The translations under genes were made by a program, and so were the position numbers. Under the pieces are notes generated by a model. It had not been told where the DNA came from. It saw nothing but the letters and a program-made list of their open reading frames with translations, and did no database searches. From the NCBI GenBank assembly GCA_025928935.1, contig JAICNB010000006.1:1381-65380 (forward strand): a stretch of 64,000 bases of DNA. The letters are read 5' to 3'. The stretch's first letter is position 1. Every line of letters starts with the position of its first letter. Positions 1 to 8,719 of the stretch are shown here, piece after piece. The stretch comes from Acidimicrobiia bacterium. GTDB lineage: Bacteria > Actinomycetota > Acidimicrobiia > Spongiisociales > ZC4RG35.

Positions 1-1
1 C

Positions 2-943
2 TCGTTCCTGGTCCCGCGGCCGGTGCTGTTCTCCTTTGCTCTCTTCGTCCTCGTGGTGGTGGCATGGGACCGACCTGTCACCCGATGGACGATCCCGTTC
101 CTCTTCTGGATCTGGGCCTCGGTACACGGCAGCTTCGTGATCGGGTTGGCCTATCTCGGTCTCACCATCATCCTCGAGAAAGAGTGGAAGGCTCTGCCGA
201 CGGCGATCGTCGCCGGGCTGACAACGTTCCTCACCGCCCATGGGCTTGGTGTTCTCGAGTTCCTGCTCGATTTCTCGGACGCCGGGCCCGCCCTGGCCCT
301 TCTGTCCGAGTGGAGACGTCCCGAGCTCATGTCGGTCGTCTTCGCTCCGTTCTTGATCGGGATCGGTCTGATCGTGATCGGGGCCGCCCGCCACAGGATC
401 ACGCCCAGACACCTGATCATCCTCGTTCCCTTCCTCATACTCGCCTTGAGCGCCACCCGTGCTGTCCCACCGGCATGGATCGCCCTGGTTCCGCTGATGG
501 GTGTCGCCCTCGCCGACATGGCTGCCGGCGCCAGAAAGCGCTTCTCTGTGCCTGCAGCGCTCATCTTCGGCCTAGTGGTGCTGATCACACCGTGGTTCAT
601 CATCTCCGACGGGTCGATCGACGAGGAGCGCTTTCCGGTTGCAGCCTCGGAGCGGCTGGCCGATGTGCCCACGTTCCACGACGACAGCACAGGCGGTTAT
701 CTGATCTGGGCGGAAGGCCCGGAGCGGCTGGTCTACATCGACGACCGGGCCGAGCTGTACGGCGAGCGCATGGTCGAATACGTCGAGGTCAGGGACCTGG
801 AGCGTGATTGGGAGCCGGTGTTCGAGCGGGATGGGATCGAACAAGTGCTGCTGAGGGCGGAGGAGGAGCTGGTCGGCGAGCTGGAGGCGGCCGGCTGGTC
901 GAATGAATACGAGGACGAAGAGTTCGTCGTCCTCAGACCATGA
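2..943 (+). CDS. polytopic membrane protein with soluble acidic C-terminal domain, 5' end probably outside the window
   Basis: ORF 23..943 has no in-frame stop back to nt 2, so it likely continues upstream. Several hydrophobic helices are followed by a soluble tail. No family recognised. Confidence 0.5.
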   Translation, partial: SFLVPRPVLFSFALFVLVVVAWDRPVTRWTIPFLFWIWASVHGSFVIGLAYLGLTIILEKEWKALPTAIVAGLTTFLTAHGLGVLEFLLDFSDAGPALALLSEWRRPELMSVVFAPFLIGIGLIVIGAARHRITPRHLIILVPFLILALSATRAVPPAWIALVPLMGVALADMAAGARKRFSVPAALIFGLVVLITPWFIISDGSIDEERFPVAASERLADVPTFHDDSTGGYLIWAEGPERLVYIDDRAELYGERMVEYVEVRDLERDWEPVFERDGIEQVLLRAEEELVGELEAAGWSNEYEDEEFVVLRP

Positions 944-949
944 CGTCGG

Positions 950-1123
950 CTACTGGAGACCGGAGCCGACCTCGCTGAAGGCCTCGGACACCTGATTGCC
1001 TGCCAACCTGATGGCGAGCAGGGCGATGATAGCGATCAGGACAATGAGCAACGCATACTCGACCATCGAGGCACCCTCGTCCTCTCTGATCCTGTACATG
1101 ACCCTGGTCCAGAGCCGTGTCAC
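950..1123 (-). CDS. flp: Flp family type IVb pilin, copy 1
   Basis: Lies inside ORF 950..1321(-). GTG at 1123 is preceded by GGGAGG. A 17-aa leader ends in G and is followed by ASMVEYALL (Flp G/XXXXEY processing motif) and a hydrophobic helix. Its 174-nt length equals copies 2 and 3. ATG 1099 is an alternative start. Confidence 0.8.
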   Translation of the reverse strand: MTRLWTRVMYRIREDEGASMVEYALLIVLIAIIALLAIRLAGNQVSEAFSEVGSGLQ

Positions 1124-1204
1124 GATGGCCTCCCGAATCGTCGTTGACTTGTCGCGTGACCGTAAGGGCTGCCGACTGTGGGGGCAATGAGTCGATCGGC
1201 CCAT

Positions 1205-1246
1205 GGCGACAAGAGAAGAAGGGACCCCCGAGGGAGTCCCTTCTTC
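1205..1246 (-). terminator. hairpin terminator downstream of flp copy 2
   Basis: An 11-bp perfect stem, gaagaagggac (1215-1225) / gtcccttcttc (1236-1246), is followed on the minus strand by TCTTGT. Confidence 0.55.
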
Positions 1247-1265
1247 GTCGATCTGAGCTTTCAGC

Positions 1266-1439
1266 TCAGCTGAGCCCGGAGCCGATCTCGCTGAAGGTGT
1301 TCGACACCTCTTCACCGGCAAGCTGCACGGCGACGAGAGCGACGATGGCGATCAGGACGACGAGCAGGGCGTACTCAACCATCGAGGCACCCTTCTCCTC
1401 CTGAATCCAGCTCACTACCTTGGTCCACAAAGCAAGCAT
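1266..1439 (-). CDS. flp: Flp family type IVb pilin, copy 2
   Basis: Lies inside ORF 1266..1691(-). ATG at 1439 is preceded by AAGGAGG. The leader MLALWTKVVSWIQEEKG is followed by ASMVEYALLVVLIAIVALVAV. Confidence 0.85.
   Translation of the reverse strand: MLALWTKVVSWIQEEKGASMVEYALLVVLIAIVALVAVQLAGEEVSNTFSEIGSGLS
1282..1412. repeat. tandem direct repeat, copy A (131 nt identical to 1652..1782)
   Basis: Base-by-base comparison at an offset of 370 nt gives 131/131 identity. Weaker similarity extends from about 1266 to 1475. Confidence 0.9.
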
Positions 1440-1574
1440 GAAGCCCCTCCTTGGGTCAACCAATCTGGCTTGCATGAGATTTATCGGCCGGGCCTGGCGA
1501 AAACCTGAGAGGAATATCGAGGAATTGGCCGGTTGGTTGGCCCTTTCGATTCGACTGCTGGAAGGTCGACACAA

Positions 1575-1613
1575 GACGAAAAAGAGGGCCCGCACCGAGG
1601 TGCGGGCCCTCTT
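1575..1613 (-). terminator. rho-independent terminator downstream of flp copy 3
   Basis: A 14-bp perfect stem, aagagggcccgcac (1582-1595) / gtgcgggccctctt (1600-1613), has a 4-nt loop. It is followed on the minus strand by TTTTTCGTCTT. Confidence 0.75.
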
Positions 1614-1635
1614 CCTGACGTCGAATCGACGACTA

Positions 1636-1809
1636 TCAGCTGAGGCCGGAACCGATCTCGCTGAAGGTGTTCGACACCTCTTCACCGGCAAGCTGCACGG
1701 CGACGAGAGCGACGATGGCGATCAGGACGACGAGCAGGGCGTACTCAACCATCGAGGCACCCTTCTCCTCCTGAATCCAGCTGGTGAACTTGGTCCACAG
1801 AGCAAACAT
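1636..1809 (-). CDS. flp: Flp family type IVb pilin, copy 3 (57 aa, absent from the ORF track)
   Basis: Manual translation of the minus strand gives MFALWTKFTSWIQEEKGASMVEYALLVVLIAIVALVAVQLAGEEVSNTFSEIGSGLS*. The ATG is preceded by AAGGAGG. The mature part is identical to copy 2. Confidence 0.85.
   Translation of the reverse strand: MFALWTKFTSWIQEEKGASMVEYALLVVLIAIVALVAVQLAGEEVSNTFSEIGSGLS
1652..1782. repeat. tandem direct repeat, copy B (131 nt identical to 1282..1412)
   Basis: See copy A. Confidence 0.9.
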
Positions 1810-1898
1810 GGAACCCCTCCTTGGGTTGTTGCCTTGGCTTGCAAACGGGCAAAGTAGCCCTACCTATCCCCGGAACAATGGGTCCCGGGAACTATCCC

Positions 1899-2075
1899 CT
1901 ACGACCCCGCGTCCACCAGATTCGAGCTGATGTCTGAGTATGTGCTGCTCAGCTCACCGCCGAAATAGGCCACGGCGGTCAAAGCCGCGATGGCTATGAG
2001 GAGGACGAGGAGTGAGTACTCGACGAGAGAAGCACCCTTCTCGTTGCCGAGGTACCTCATCAACCTGGCGTACAT
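1899..2075 (-). CDS. flp: Flp family type IVb pilin, copy 4 (divergent)
   Basis: Lies inside ORF 1899..2099(-). ATG 2075 is preceded by AAGGGAG. The leader MYARLMRYLGNEKG is followed by ASLVEYSLLVLLIAIAAL. Confidence 0.8.
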   Translation of the reverse strand: MYARLMRYLGNEKGASLVEYSLLVLLIAIAALTAVAYFGGELSSTYSDISSNLVDAGS

Positions 2076-2177
2076 TTCAACTCCCTTGCTCACCCGCATC
2101 AGAGTAAGTCCTATGGTGGAAATCGGTGATGGGCCTCAAGGCCCAAATGGTCTGGATAACTTCCGGCAACATGGTGA

Positions 2178-2816
2178 CTAGTTAGGCCGTGCTATCCCAA
2201 GTCGAATTGCCTCTATCGCAGCCTGGGTCCGGTCGCTCACGGCCAGTTTCTGGAAGATGGATGCGAGGTGGTTCTTCACCGTCTTCTGGGAGATGTACAG
2301 CCGGTCGGCCAGCTCGTCCGTGGCCGAAACGCCAACAGCGAGAAGCTGGAGGATCTCCTTTTCCCTCTCGGTGAGCGATGCCGCCCCAGGGTCGAGACGG
2401 GCCTGACCGTATTCCTCCAGCAACTCATCCCGGGCCGTGTCGTCCAGTGAGATCAGGTCCCTTCCATCCGCCACCGCACGGATCGCGGCCGCAAGTGTGA
2501 CGAGAGGCACCCCCTTGGAGAAGAAGCCCTTCGCCCCCGCCCTGAAAGCGCGTTCTTTTTGCTCATCGCTGGCATACATCGAGACAACGATGGCGTTGGT
2601 CCTTCGTCCCAGGCCCGAGATGGTATCGATCCCGTCACCACCGGGCATCTCGATGTCCACGATCGAGACTTCGGCCGGCTGGGTCTCGAGTGCCGTCTCG
2701 AGGGCCGGTCCGGAGTCCACCACCCCCACCACACGGGTGTCGGGGAGAATGTCCAGCGCCTGGCTCAACCCCTCGGCGAACAGCTGGTGGTCGTCAGCGA
2801 TCATCACGCGAATCAT
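2178..2816 (-). CDS. NarL/LuxR-family two-component response regulator
   Basis: Receiver domain (MIADDH...IVDIEMPGGDG) plus a C-terminal LuxR HTH (LTEREKEILQLLAVGVS...ISQKTVKNHLASIFQKL). The ATGA overlap with the kinase stop is at 2813-2816. Confidence 0.9.
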   Translation of the reverse strand: MIRVMIADDHQLFAEGLSQALDILPDTRVVGVVDSGPALETALETQPAEVSIVDIEMPGGDGIDTISGLGRRTNAIVVSMYASDEQKERAFRAGAKGFFSKGVPLVTLAAAIRAVADGRDLISLDDTARDELLEEYGQARLDPGAASLTEREKEILQLLAVGVSATDELADRLYISQKTVKNHLASIFQKLAVSDRTQAAIEAIRLGIARPN

Positions 2817-4324
2817 CGATTACCCCATTCCACGGTCACGGTCGTCCCTCCTCCGGGTGTCGGCTGAAAGCTGATCTTCGCCCCTATCTTCTCGGCACGT
2901 TCCCGCATGCCTATGAGGCCGAAATGGCCATCCGGCTCATATGTGGGATCGAAGCCGGCGCCATCGTCGATCACCGAGCAGACACCGCGGCTGCGGTCGA
3001 TCCTGCCCGAGACGAGGATCTGGGAGCCGCCGGAATGGTTGTGGGCATTCCGGGTCGCCTCGGTGATGATCGAGGTCAGGTCGGAGATGACGGCGGGCCG
3101 TGGCGGGCGTCGCTCCTCGAGGTCAACGACGACCTGTGGATCACCATCGAGCCCGGCCGTGGACTGCAGCAACCTGGCGGTCAAGGTGGGCCCCGGGGCG
3201 ATACGGAGATCGGCCACGGAGGCACGCACATCCTCGACGAGCTTGGTGACGTTGGTGCGCAGGACCTTCAGATCTGCTGACAGCTCGGGATGATGTGCCT
3301 GCTGCATCGCCGCCATGTCGAGGGCCAGACCTAGGGAGGCGAGAGAAGGCCCGATGTCGTCGTGCATCTCCCTGGCGAGGCGAATGCGCTCTTCGGCCAC
3401 TGCCGAGCCGACGATGTTCTGGAGGAGCTGCAGGTTGGCGAATGCGATGCTCACCGGCTGCACGAATGCCTCGATGTCGATCAAGTCGGGTTTCGAGAGG
3501 GGTTCAGGCGTGAGCAGCTCCAGGGTGCCAACAGTGCTGTCGAGGGTGGAGAGCGGAACCTGGTATGGATGGGGTTCCTGAGCAGGAACACCTCGCGAGG
3601 CGAGAATCACAGGTCCTTCCGCCTCGTTCAGCACGAGACGCCCCGAGGAGCCCGGAATACGGGCCAGGATCGCCTCGAGTGTGTCGGCGGCCACTTCCAC
3701 CGCATTGAGCCGTCCGGCCGAGATGTCCTCGGAGAGGCGGAGCAGCACCCCATGGATCTCTTCGAGGTTCTCCAGTTTCTGTGTGGCCGATTCTGTCGCC
3801 TCGGCCAGCTCTCCGGCCTGCCGATGGGCGTCCTCGAGCAATCGGCGGATCACTGTGACGAGCAGCACGAATGCGATGTACAGGCCCATGGCCGGCAGGG
3901 CCGCGGTTAGTGGTTGGCCCTGGGCGAGGCTGACCAGCGTGAGGAGGGCAATCGAGAGAAGCCCGGTGGTCAGGCCTGTGCGCAGCCCGCCATAGATCGT
4001 GGCGAAGATGGACGGGCCCATCGACAGCAGGATGTAGGGGCTGGCCACCCCACCGGTGAGAGTGACGGCGGTAATCGTGAAGAAGGCGCCGATCAGCGTG
4101 ATCGCCTCCGCCCCGAAACGCAGCCGGTACCAGCTCTCGGGGACCGCGGCGCTTCCTAGGACATAGAGGGTCGCCACCCCGATCGCCAAGAGTGAATCAC
4201 CGTCAGGTTGGCCCTCGCTGGCCAGCAGATCGATGACCACCGCCAGGATGAGGACGACGAATTGCCCGATGGTGACGCTGCGATGGAGCCGGAATTCCCA
4301 CGGAGCCGGAACGGCGACCGTCAT
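2813..4324 (-). CDS. membrane sensor histidine kinase, HisKA_3/NarX-DesK type
   Basis: N-terminal TM helices, a GAF-like middle region, the H-box EERIRLAREMHDDIGPSL, and HATPase_c motifs (NAHNHSG, DDGAGF, GLIGMRERA). The start is set at ATG 4324 because the longer ORF (to 4609) would overlap coaE. Confidence 0.8.
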   Translation of the reverse strand: MTVAVPAPWEFRLHRSVTIGQFVVLILAVVIDLLASEGQPDGDSLLAIGVATLYVLGSAAVPESWYRLRFGAEAITLIGAFFTITAVTLTGGVASPYILLSMGPSIFATIYGGLRTGLTTGLLSIALLTLVSLAQGQPLTAALPAMGLYIAFVLLVTVIRRLLEDAHRQAGELAEATESATQKLENLEEIHGVLLRLSEDISAGRLNAVEVAADTLEAILARIPGSSGRLVLNEAEGPVILASRGVPAQEPHPYQVPLSTLDSTVGTLELLTPEPLSKPDLIDIEAFVQPVSIAFANLQLLQNIVGSAVAEERIRLAREMHDDIGPSLASLGLALDMAAMQQAHHPELSADLKVLRTNVTKLVEDVRASVADLRIAPGPTLTARLLQSTAGLDGDPQVVVDLEERRPPRPAVISDLTSIITEATRNAHNHSGGSQILVSGRIDRSRGVCSVIDDGAGFDPTYEPDGHFGLIGMRERAEKIGAKISFQPTPGGGTTVTVEWGNR

Positions 4325-4922
4325 GCTCGGAAGGCTACCGTCGGCAGCGGTGAGTTCTCCGGATGGACGTTGGCTGATCACGGGTGGGATCGGATCGGGA
4401 AAGAGCGAGGTGCGCCGTCTACTGGCGACGCGCGGTGTCCGCACCGTCGACGCCGATGCCGTTGGGCATGCTGTCCTGGCGAACGAAGCCCTGGCCCCGG
4501 TCGCGGGACGATGGCCGGGGGTCGTCTTCGAAGGCGAGATAGATCGCAAGGCGCTCGCCCGGATCGTGTTCGCCAACCCCGACGAGCTCCGAGCCCTGGA
4601 GGAAATCACTCATCCTCTGATATTCGGCCGAATCGAGGCCGAGTTGGAGGGATTTGATGGAGTGGCGGCGGTGGAAATGCCGCTGGTGGATCCGGGGCTG
4701 GGCTGGCCGCGGATCGTGGTCGACGCCCGGGACGAGATCCGCGTGCGACGGGCTATGAAACGGGGGATGTCGGAGGCGGAGGTCCGAGAGCGGATGGCAG
4801 CACAGCCGTCCCGGGCACGGTGGCTAGCGGGAGCCGCGCTGGTCGTCCCCAACCACGGCGATCTGGAGTCGCTGGAGGCAACGGTCGGCCAACTCGTTGG
4901 GTATCTCGTCGAGGCCGAATAG
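4323..4922 (+). CDS. coaE: dephospho-CoA kinase
   Basis: P-loop [12 protein letters not shown] lies near the N-terminus, and coaE-uvrB synteny matches other actinobacteria. The start is ATG 4323 or in-frame GTG 4350. The 4233 start is rejected. Confidence 0.85.
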   Translation: MLGRLPSAAVSSPDGRWLITGGIGSGKSEVRRLLATRGVRTVDADAVGHAVLANEALAPVAGRWPGVVFEGEIDRKALARIVFANPDELRALEEITHPLIFGRIEAELEGFDGVAAVEMPLVDPGLGWPRIVVDARDEIRVRRAMKRGMSEAEVRERMAAQPSRARWLAGAALVVPNHGDLESLEATVGQLVGYLVEAE

Positions 4923-4962
4923 CGGACAGTTCTTGTCACCTCCCGCCGGTACCCTCCATCCG

Positions 4963-6969
4963 GTGCCCGAGTTCAAGATCGTGTCCGACTTCGCCCCTGC
5001 CGGCGACCAGCCCGAGGCTATCGCCGCCCTGGCCGCCGGGATCGAGCGCGGGGACCGCTTCCAGACGCTGCTGGGGATAACCGGCTCCGGGAAATCGGCC
5101 ACTATCGCCTGGACCATCGAACAGGTCCAACGGCCCACCTTGGTGCTCGCCCCCAACAAAGCGTTGGCCGCCCAGTTGGCCAACGAGTTCCGCCAGCTCT
5201 TCCCCAACAACCGGGTGGAGTACTTCGTCTCCTACTACGACTACTACCAGCCCGAGGCCTACATCCCGCAAACCGACACCTACATCGAGAAGGACGCCAC
5301 GATCAACGACGAGATCGACCGGCTCCGCCACTCGGCCACCGCAGGCCTGCTGGTCCGGGACGACGTGATCATCGTCGCATCGGTGTCGGCCATCTATGGC
5401 CTCGGCTCCCCGGAGCAGTACATGGGCCAGTTGCTCCGTCTGGTCCAGGGGGTGGAGTACCCGATGAAGGACGCCATTCAGCGACTGGTCGACATCCAAT
5501 ACGAGCGCAACGAGGTCAACCTGATCCGCGGCAAGTTCCGGGTGAAAGGTGACACCCTCGAGGTGTTCCCCTCCTACGAGGAGACCATCGTCAGGGTCCA
5601 GTTCTGGGGGGACGAGGTAGAGCGCATCATCCGGCTCAACCCGGTCACCGGCGAAGTGGTCGACGAGCTCTCCGAGCTGTTCGTCTTCCCGGCCACCCAC
5701 TACGTGACCGAGCGGGAGCGGATGAAGAAGGCAATTGCCGGCATCGAGATCGAGCTCGTGCAGCGTCTCGCCGAGCTCGAGGGAAAAGGCAAGATGCTCG
5801 AGGCGCAGCGGCTCCGCATGCGAACCAACTACGACCTGGAGATGATGCGCGAGGTCGGGTTCTGCTCCGGCATCGAGAACTACTCCCGTTACCTGGACGG
5901 GCGGTCGGAAGGGGAGGCTCCGTACACGCTTCTCGACTACTTCCCCAAGAACTACCTGACCATCGTCGACGAGTCCCATGTCACCGTGCCCCAGATCGGT
6001 GGCCAGTACGAGGGGGACCACTCCCGCAAGGAGGTCCTCGTGGAGCATGGGTTCAGGCTCCCCTCGGCGAAGGACAACCGCCCGCTTCGTTTCGACGAAT
6101 GGCTGGAGAAGGCCAACCAGGTGGTATTTCTCTCGGCCACTCCGTCGGACTTCGAGATCTCTCGCTCGACCCAGGTCGTCGAGCAGATAATTCGTCCTAC
6201 CGGGCTGGTCGATCCCGAGGTGATGATCCGGCCCACCAAGGGTCAGATCGACGATCTCCTCCACGAGATCCGGGAGCGTGCCCTCCGGGAGCAGCGAGTC
6301 TTGGTGACGACCCTCACCAAGAAAATGGCCGAGGATCTGACGGACTATCTGCTGGAGATGGGGGTCAGGGCCCGCTACATGCACTCCGAGATCGACACCC
6401 TGGAGAGGGTGCAGATCATGCGCGAGCTCCGTCTCGGTGATTTCGACGTTCTGGTCGGGATCAACCTGCTCCGTGAGGGTCTCGACCTACCCGAGGTGTC
6501 CCTCGTGGCCATCCTCGACGCCGACAAGGAAGGCTTCCTCCGATCGGAGACCTCACTGATACAGATCATCGGGCGGGCGGCGCGGAACGTCGATGGCCAG
6601 GTGGTGATGTACGCCGACAACGTCACCGACTCGATGCAGCGTGCGATCAATGAGACCAACCGGCGACGACGGGCACAAACCGTGTGGAACGAGGAGCACG
6701 GCATCGACCCGCAAACCGTGAGAAAACGTGTCTCCGACATCCTGGAACTGGTTCAGACCGAGGCCCCAAAGGGCGATAGAAGGAGACGAGACGTCGAACC
6801 GAGGAGGCCGATCGATCTCGAGGGGGACGACCTGACCAGGTTGATCATGAGTCTGGAAGACGAGATGCATGAGGCTGCGAAGGAACTCAGGTTCGAGTAC
6901 GCCGCAAGGTTGCGCGACGAAGTCAACGAACTCCGTCGTGAGCTGCGTGAGGTGGCGGAGGCGGGCTGA
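4963..6969 (+). CDS. uvrB: excinuclease ABC subunit B
   Basis: Motifs [25 protein letters not shown] and DESH, helicase C motifs, and a C-terminal UVR motif ([18 protein letters not shown]). GTG 4963 is chosen so the gene does not overlap coaE. The ORF track start is 4897. Confidence 0.95.
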   Translation: MPEFKIVSDFAPAGDQPEAIAALAAGIERGDRFQTLLGITGSGKSATIAWTIEQVQRPTLVLAPNKALAAQLANEFRQLFPNNRVEYFVSYYDYYQPEAYIPQTDTYIEKDATINDEIDRLRHSATAGLLVRDDVIIVASVSAIYGLGSPEQYMGQLLRLVQGVEYPMKDAIQRLVDIQYERNEVNLIRGKFRVKGDTLEVFPSYEETIVRVQFWGDEVERIIRLNPVTGEVVDELSELFVFPATHYVTERERMKKAIAGIEIELVQRLAELEGKGKMLEAQRLRMRTNYDLEMMREVGFCSGIENYSRYLDGRSEGEAPYTLLDYFPKNYLTIVDESHVTVPQIGGQYEGDHSRKEVLVEHGFRLPSAKDNRPLRFDEWLEKANQVVFLSATPSDFEISRSTQVVEQIIRPTGLVDPEVMIRPTKGQIDDLLHEIRERALREQRVLVTTLTKKMAEDLTDYLLEMGVRARYMHSEIDTLERVQIMRELRLGDFDVLVGINLLREGLDLPEVSLVAILDADKEGFLRSETSLIQIIGRAARNVDGQVVMYADNVTDSMQRAINETNRRRRAQTVWNEEHGIDPQTVRKRVSDILELVQTEAPKGDRRRRDVEPRRPIDLEGDDLTRLIMSLEDEMHEAAKELRFEYAARLRDEVNELRRELREVAEAG

Positions 6970-7038
6970 GTCGTCCTGGGGGTTTGCGGCGGTTGCGCCT
7001 TCAAGATCGTATGGCATGCACCGGCCTCATGAGCAGAC

Positions 7039-8598
7039 ATGACAGTCCTGCAGCGCGACCGGAGCGACTCACAAGAGGCTCGCAAGCGGAAGAAGCTGAC
7101 CTGGGTCGGGATTGCCATTCTCGGCACGGCCGCGGCGTTCGCTCCCTTAGAGGTCGTTGCCAACAATCCCCACGACATCGGTCATCCGGAGAGGATTCTG
7201 ATACTCATCGGTCTGCTCTGGGTCAGTGCGATATTGGCTGCCGGCTTTCTGGTGCGCCGGGGAGCACGTCCCACGTCGGCCACCTATTCGGTCTTTTTGG
7301 TGACGGTATTGATGATGCGAGGGGGAGCTCTCCTGTCCGCGCTGGGAGAGGTACTGGGCTGGGTTGTATTGGTCGTTCTGCCCGTAGTGGCGACCTATCT
7401 GATCTCTCGTATCGAGAGGCACGACGCGTTGGACGCTCTCTTTCTTGCGCTCTGTGCGTTTCTCATTGCGGGTCCGGTGACCAGCCTGGTTCGTGAGGCT
7501 TCGCAGGCGGGCATCGACGAGACCGTGCATCATGACGGCTCAGCCTTGGCACTGTCCCACCGCCCCGACATCTTCCTAGTGGTGCTCGATGGCTACGCAG
7601 GAAACCTCACCCTCGAATCCGACTTCGGTCTCGATCGTTCGACGGTCATTCGACGTTTCGAGAAGATCGGTTTCGAAGTCCCGGTTCATGCATGGAGTGC
7701 CTACCCAGCGACCCGTTCTTCCCTGCCGAGTCTGCTCGACATGTCCTTCCCTCTCGAATCTGGTGGCAGGGTGACAGCCTTGACCGAGAAACGGCTCTCG
7801 GACATGATCGGCGGCTCGAACTCCGTCAGCTCCATTCTGCGAGCAGAGGGCTACGAGCTGGTCATGGTGGAGTCTGGATGGAGCGGCTCACGCTGCGGTC
7901 CGGAGGTCGACATCTGCATCCCGGCGCCCATAATGGACGAAGCGATGTTCTCCGTTGCCGAGAGATCGCTCGTCGGCAAGCCGATTCTCCGTTCGATGGG
8001 TTATGCATTCACGGTCGGAGCCCAACACACAATGACTTGGCTCGATGCGAACGGCCCGTCGTTGTCGGAAGACTCGCGCCCCAGTTTCGTGTTCGCCCAT
8101 GTGATGGTGCCGCACCCACCCTTCTTCTTGGACGACAGCTGCCGGACGCGGTTCGGCCGCGAGCGGAATGGTGTCCAGTTCGTTCGACCCGGCGACGAAC
8201 TGCTGGAACGCAGAAGTGCCTATCTCGAGCAGACGGAGTGCGTTGACGAGTTCGTCCTCGATCTGACTGGAATGATTGAGCCTGACGACGTCGTGGTTGT
8301 CGTGGGCGATCACGGCACGGATCAACGCAACCAGCTCGTTCGTGATCCGGAGACCTGGTCACGAACAGACCTGGAAGAGAGATTCAATGTTTTCCTCGCT
8401 GTTCGTGACGGAGCAGAATGCTCGGTTGGCGACCCCGTGATCCTGCCAAATATCTTCCGCCGAGTCCTCTCATGCATCGCCAATCCTGATCTGGAAGACC
8501 TCGAACCTCGCATGTTCAAGTATGCCGGAGTCGATGACCCCGCTCCGGAGGTATCAGAAGTTGCGATTTCCGACGTCTCGAGCCTCCTTTCATCATGA
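7039..8598 (+). CDS. polytopic membrane protein with extracytoplasmic sulfatase/LtaS/EptA-like (alkaline-phosphatase superfamily) domain, paralog 1
   Basis: N-terminal TM helices are followed by DIFLVVLDGY, FAHVMVPHPPFF and VVVGDHGTD, which are typical of the PF00884-type fold. It is a paralog of 12498..14087. Confidence 0.7.
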   Translation: MTVLQRDRSDSQEARKRKKLTWVGIAILGTAAAFAPLEVVANNPHDIGHPERILILIGLLWVSAILAAGFLVRRGARPTSATYSVFLVTVLMMRGGALLSALGEVLGWVVLVVLPVVATYLISRIERHDALDALFLALCAFLIAGPVTSLVREASQAGIDETVHHDGSALALSHRPDIFLVVLDGYAGNLTLESDFGLDRSTVIRRFEKIGFEVPVHAWSAYPATRSSLPSLLDMSFPLESGGRVTALTEKRLSDMIGGSNSVSSILRAEGYELVMVESGWSGSRCGPEVDICIPAPIMDEAMFSVAERSLVGKPILRSMGYAFTVGAQHTMTWLDANGPSLSEDSRPSFVFAHVMVPHPPFFLDDSCRTRFGRERNGVQFVRPGDELLERRSAYLEQTECVDEFVLDLTGMIEPDDVVVVVGDHGTDQRNQLVRDPETWSRTDLEERFNVFLAVRDGAECSVGDPVILPNIFRRVLSCIANPDLEDLEPRMFKYAGVDDPAPEVSEVAISDVSSLLSS

Positions 8599-8719
8599 GG
8601 CCAGAAACGCCGCACCGACATGCCCAGCAGTTGAAAAAAGCTGTCTCTCTAGTCGTCTCCAAGTGGCTTGCCCTCCATCGTCTTGGTCGACCCTCCGCAT
8701 CCGGGCAATCGATAGACAC

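Noticed and set aside
1810-1860. Sigma-54-like string (TTGCCCGTTTGCAAG on the minus strand) upstream of flp copy 3, partly shared with the copy 2 upstream region (TGCAAGCC).
   Set aside because: The -24 element is TTGC rather than the invariant TGGC. Actinobacteria are not known to have RpoN. The shared string is more simply explained by the tandem duplication.
950-2100. The repeat-spacer-like periodicity of the flp region as a possible CRISPR array.
   Set aside because: The repeat units are 131-195 nt coding sequences with a 370-nt period, not 25-40 nt repeats with unique spacers. No cas genes are present.
4233-4609. Long versions of coaE (start 4233) and of the histidine kinase (start 4609) that would overlap each other by 377 nt on opposite strands.
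   Set aside because: The N-terminal extensions are Arg/Ser/Thr-rich with no motif. The P-loop of CoaE and the first TM helix of the kinase both begin just after the internal starts at 4323/4350 and 4324.
4936-6384. 482-aa ORF antisense to uvrB. Similar long antisense or alternative-frame ORFs occur at 34487..36175 (562 aa, opposite mpa), 36235..37605 (opposite dop), 38780..40057, 46180..47946 (588 aa), 23258..24619, 57522..58691, 60840..61847 and 15505..16383.
   Set aside because: These are shadow ORFs of the kind expected in high-GC DNA. They have Arg/Pro/Gly/Asp-rich low-complexity translations and no recognisable motifs. Each fully overlaps a strand-opposite gene with unambiguous conserved motifs.
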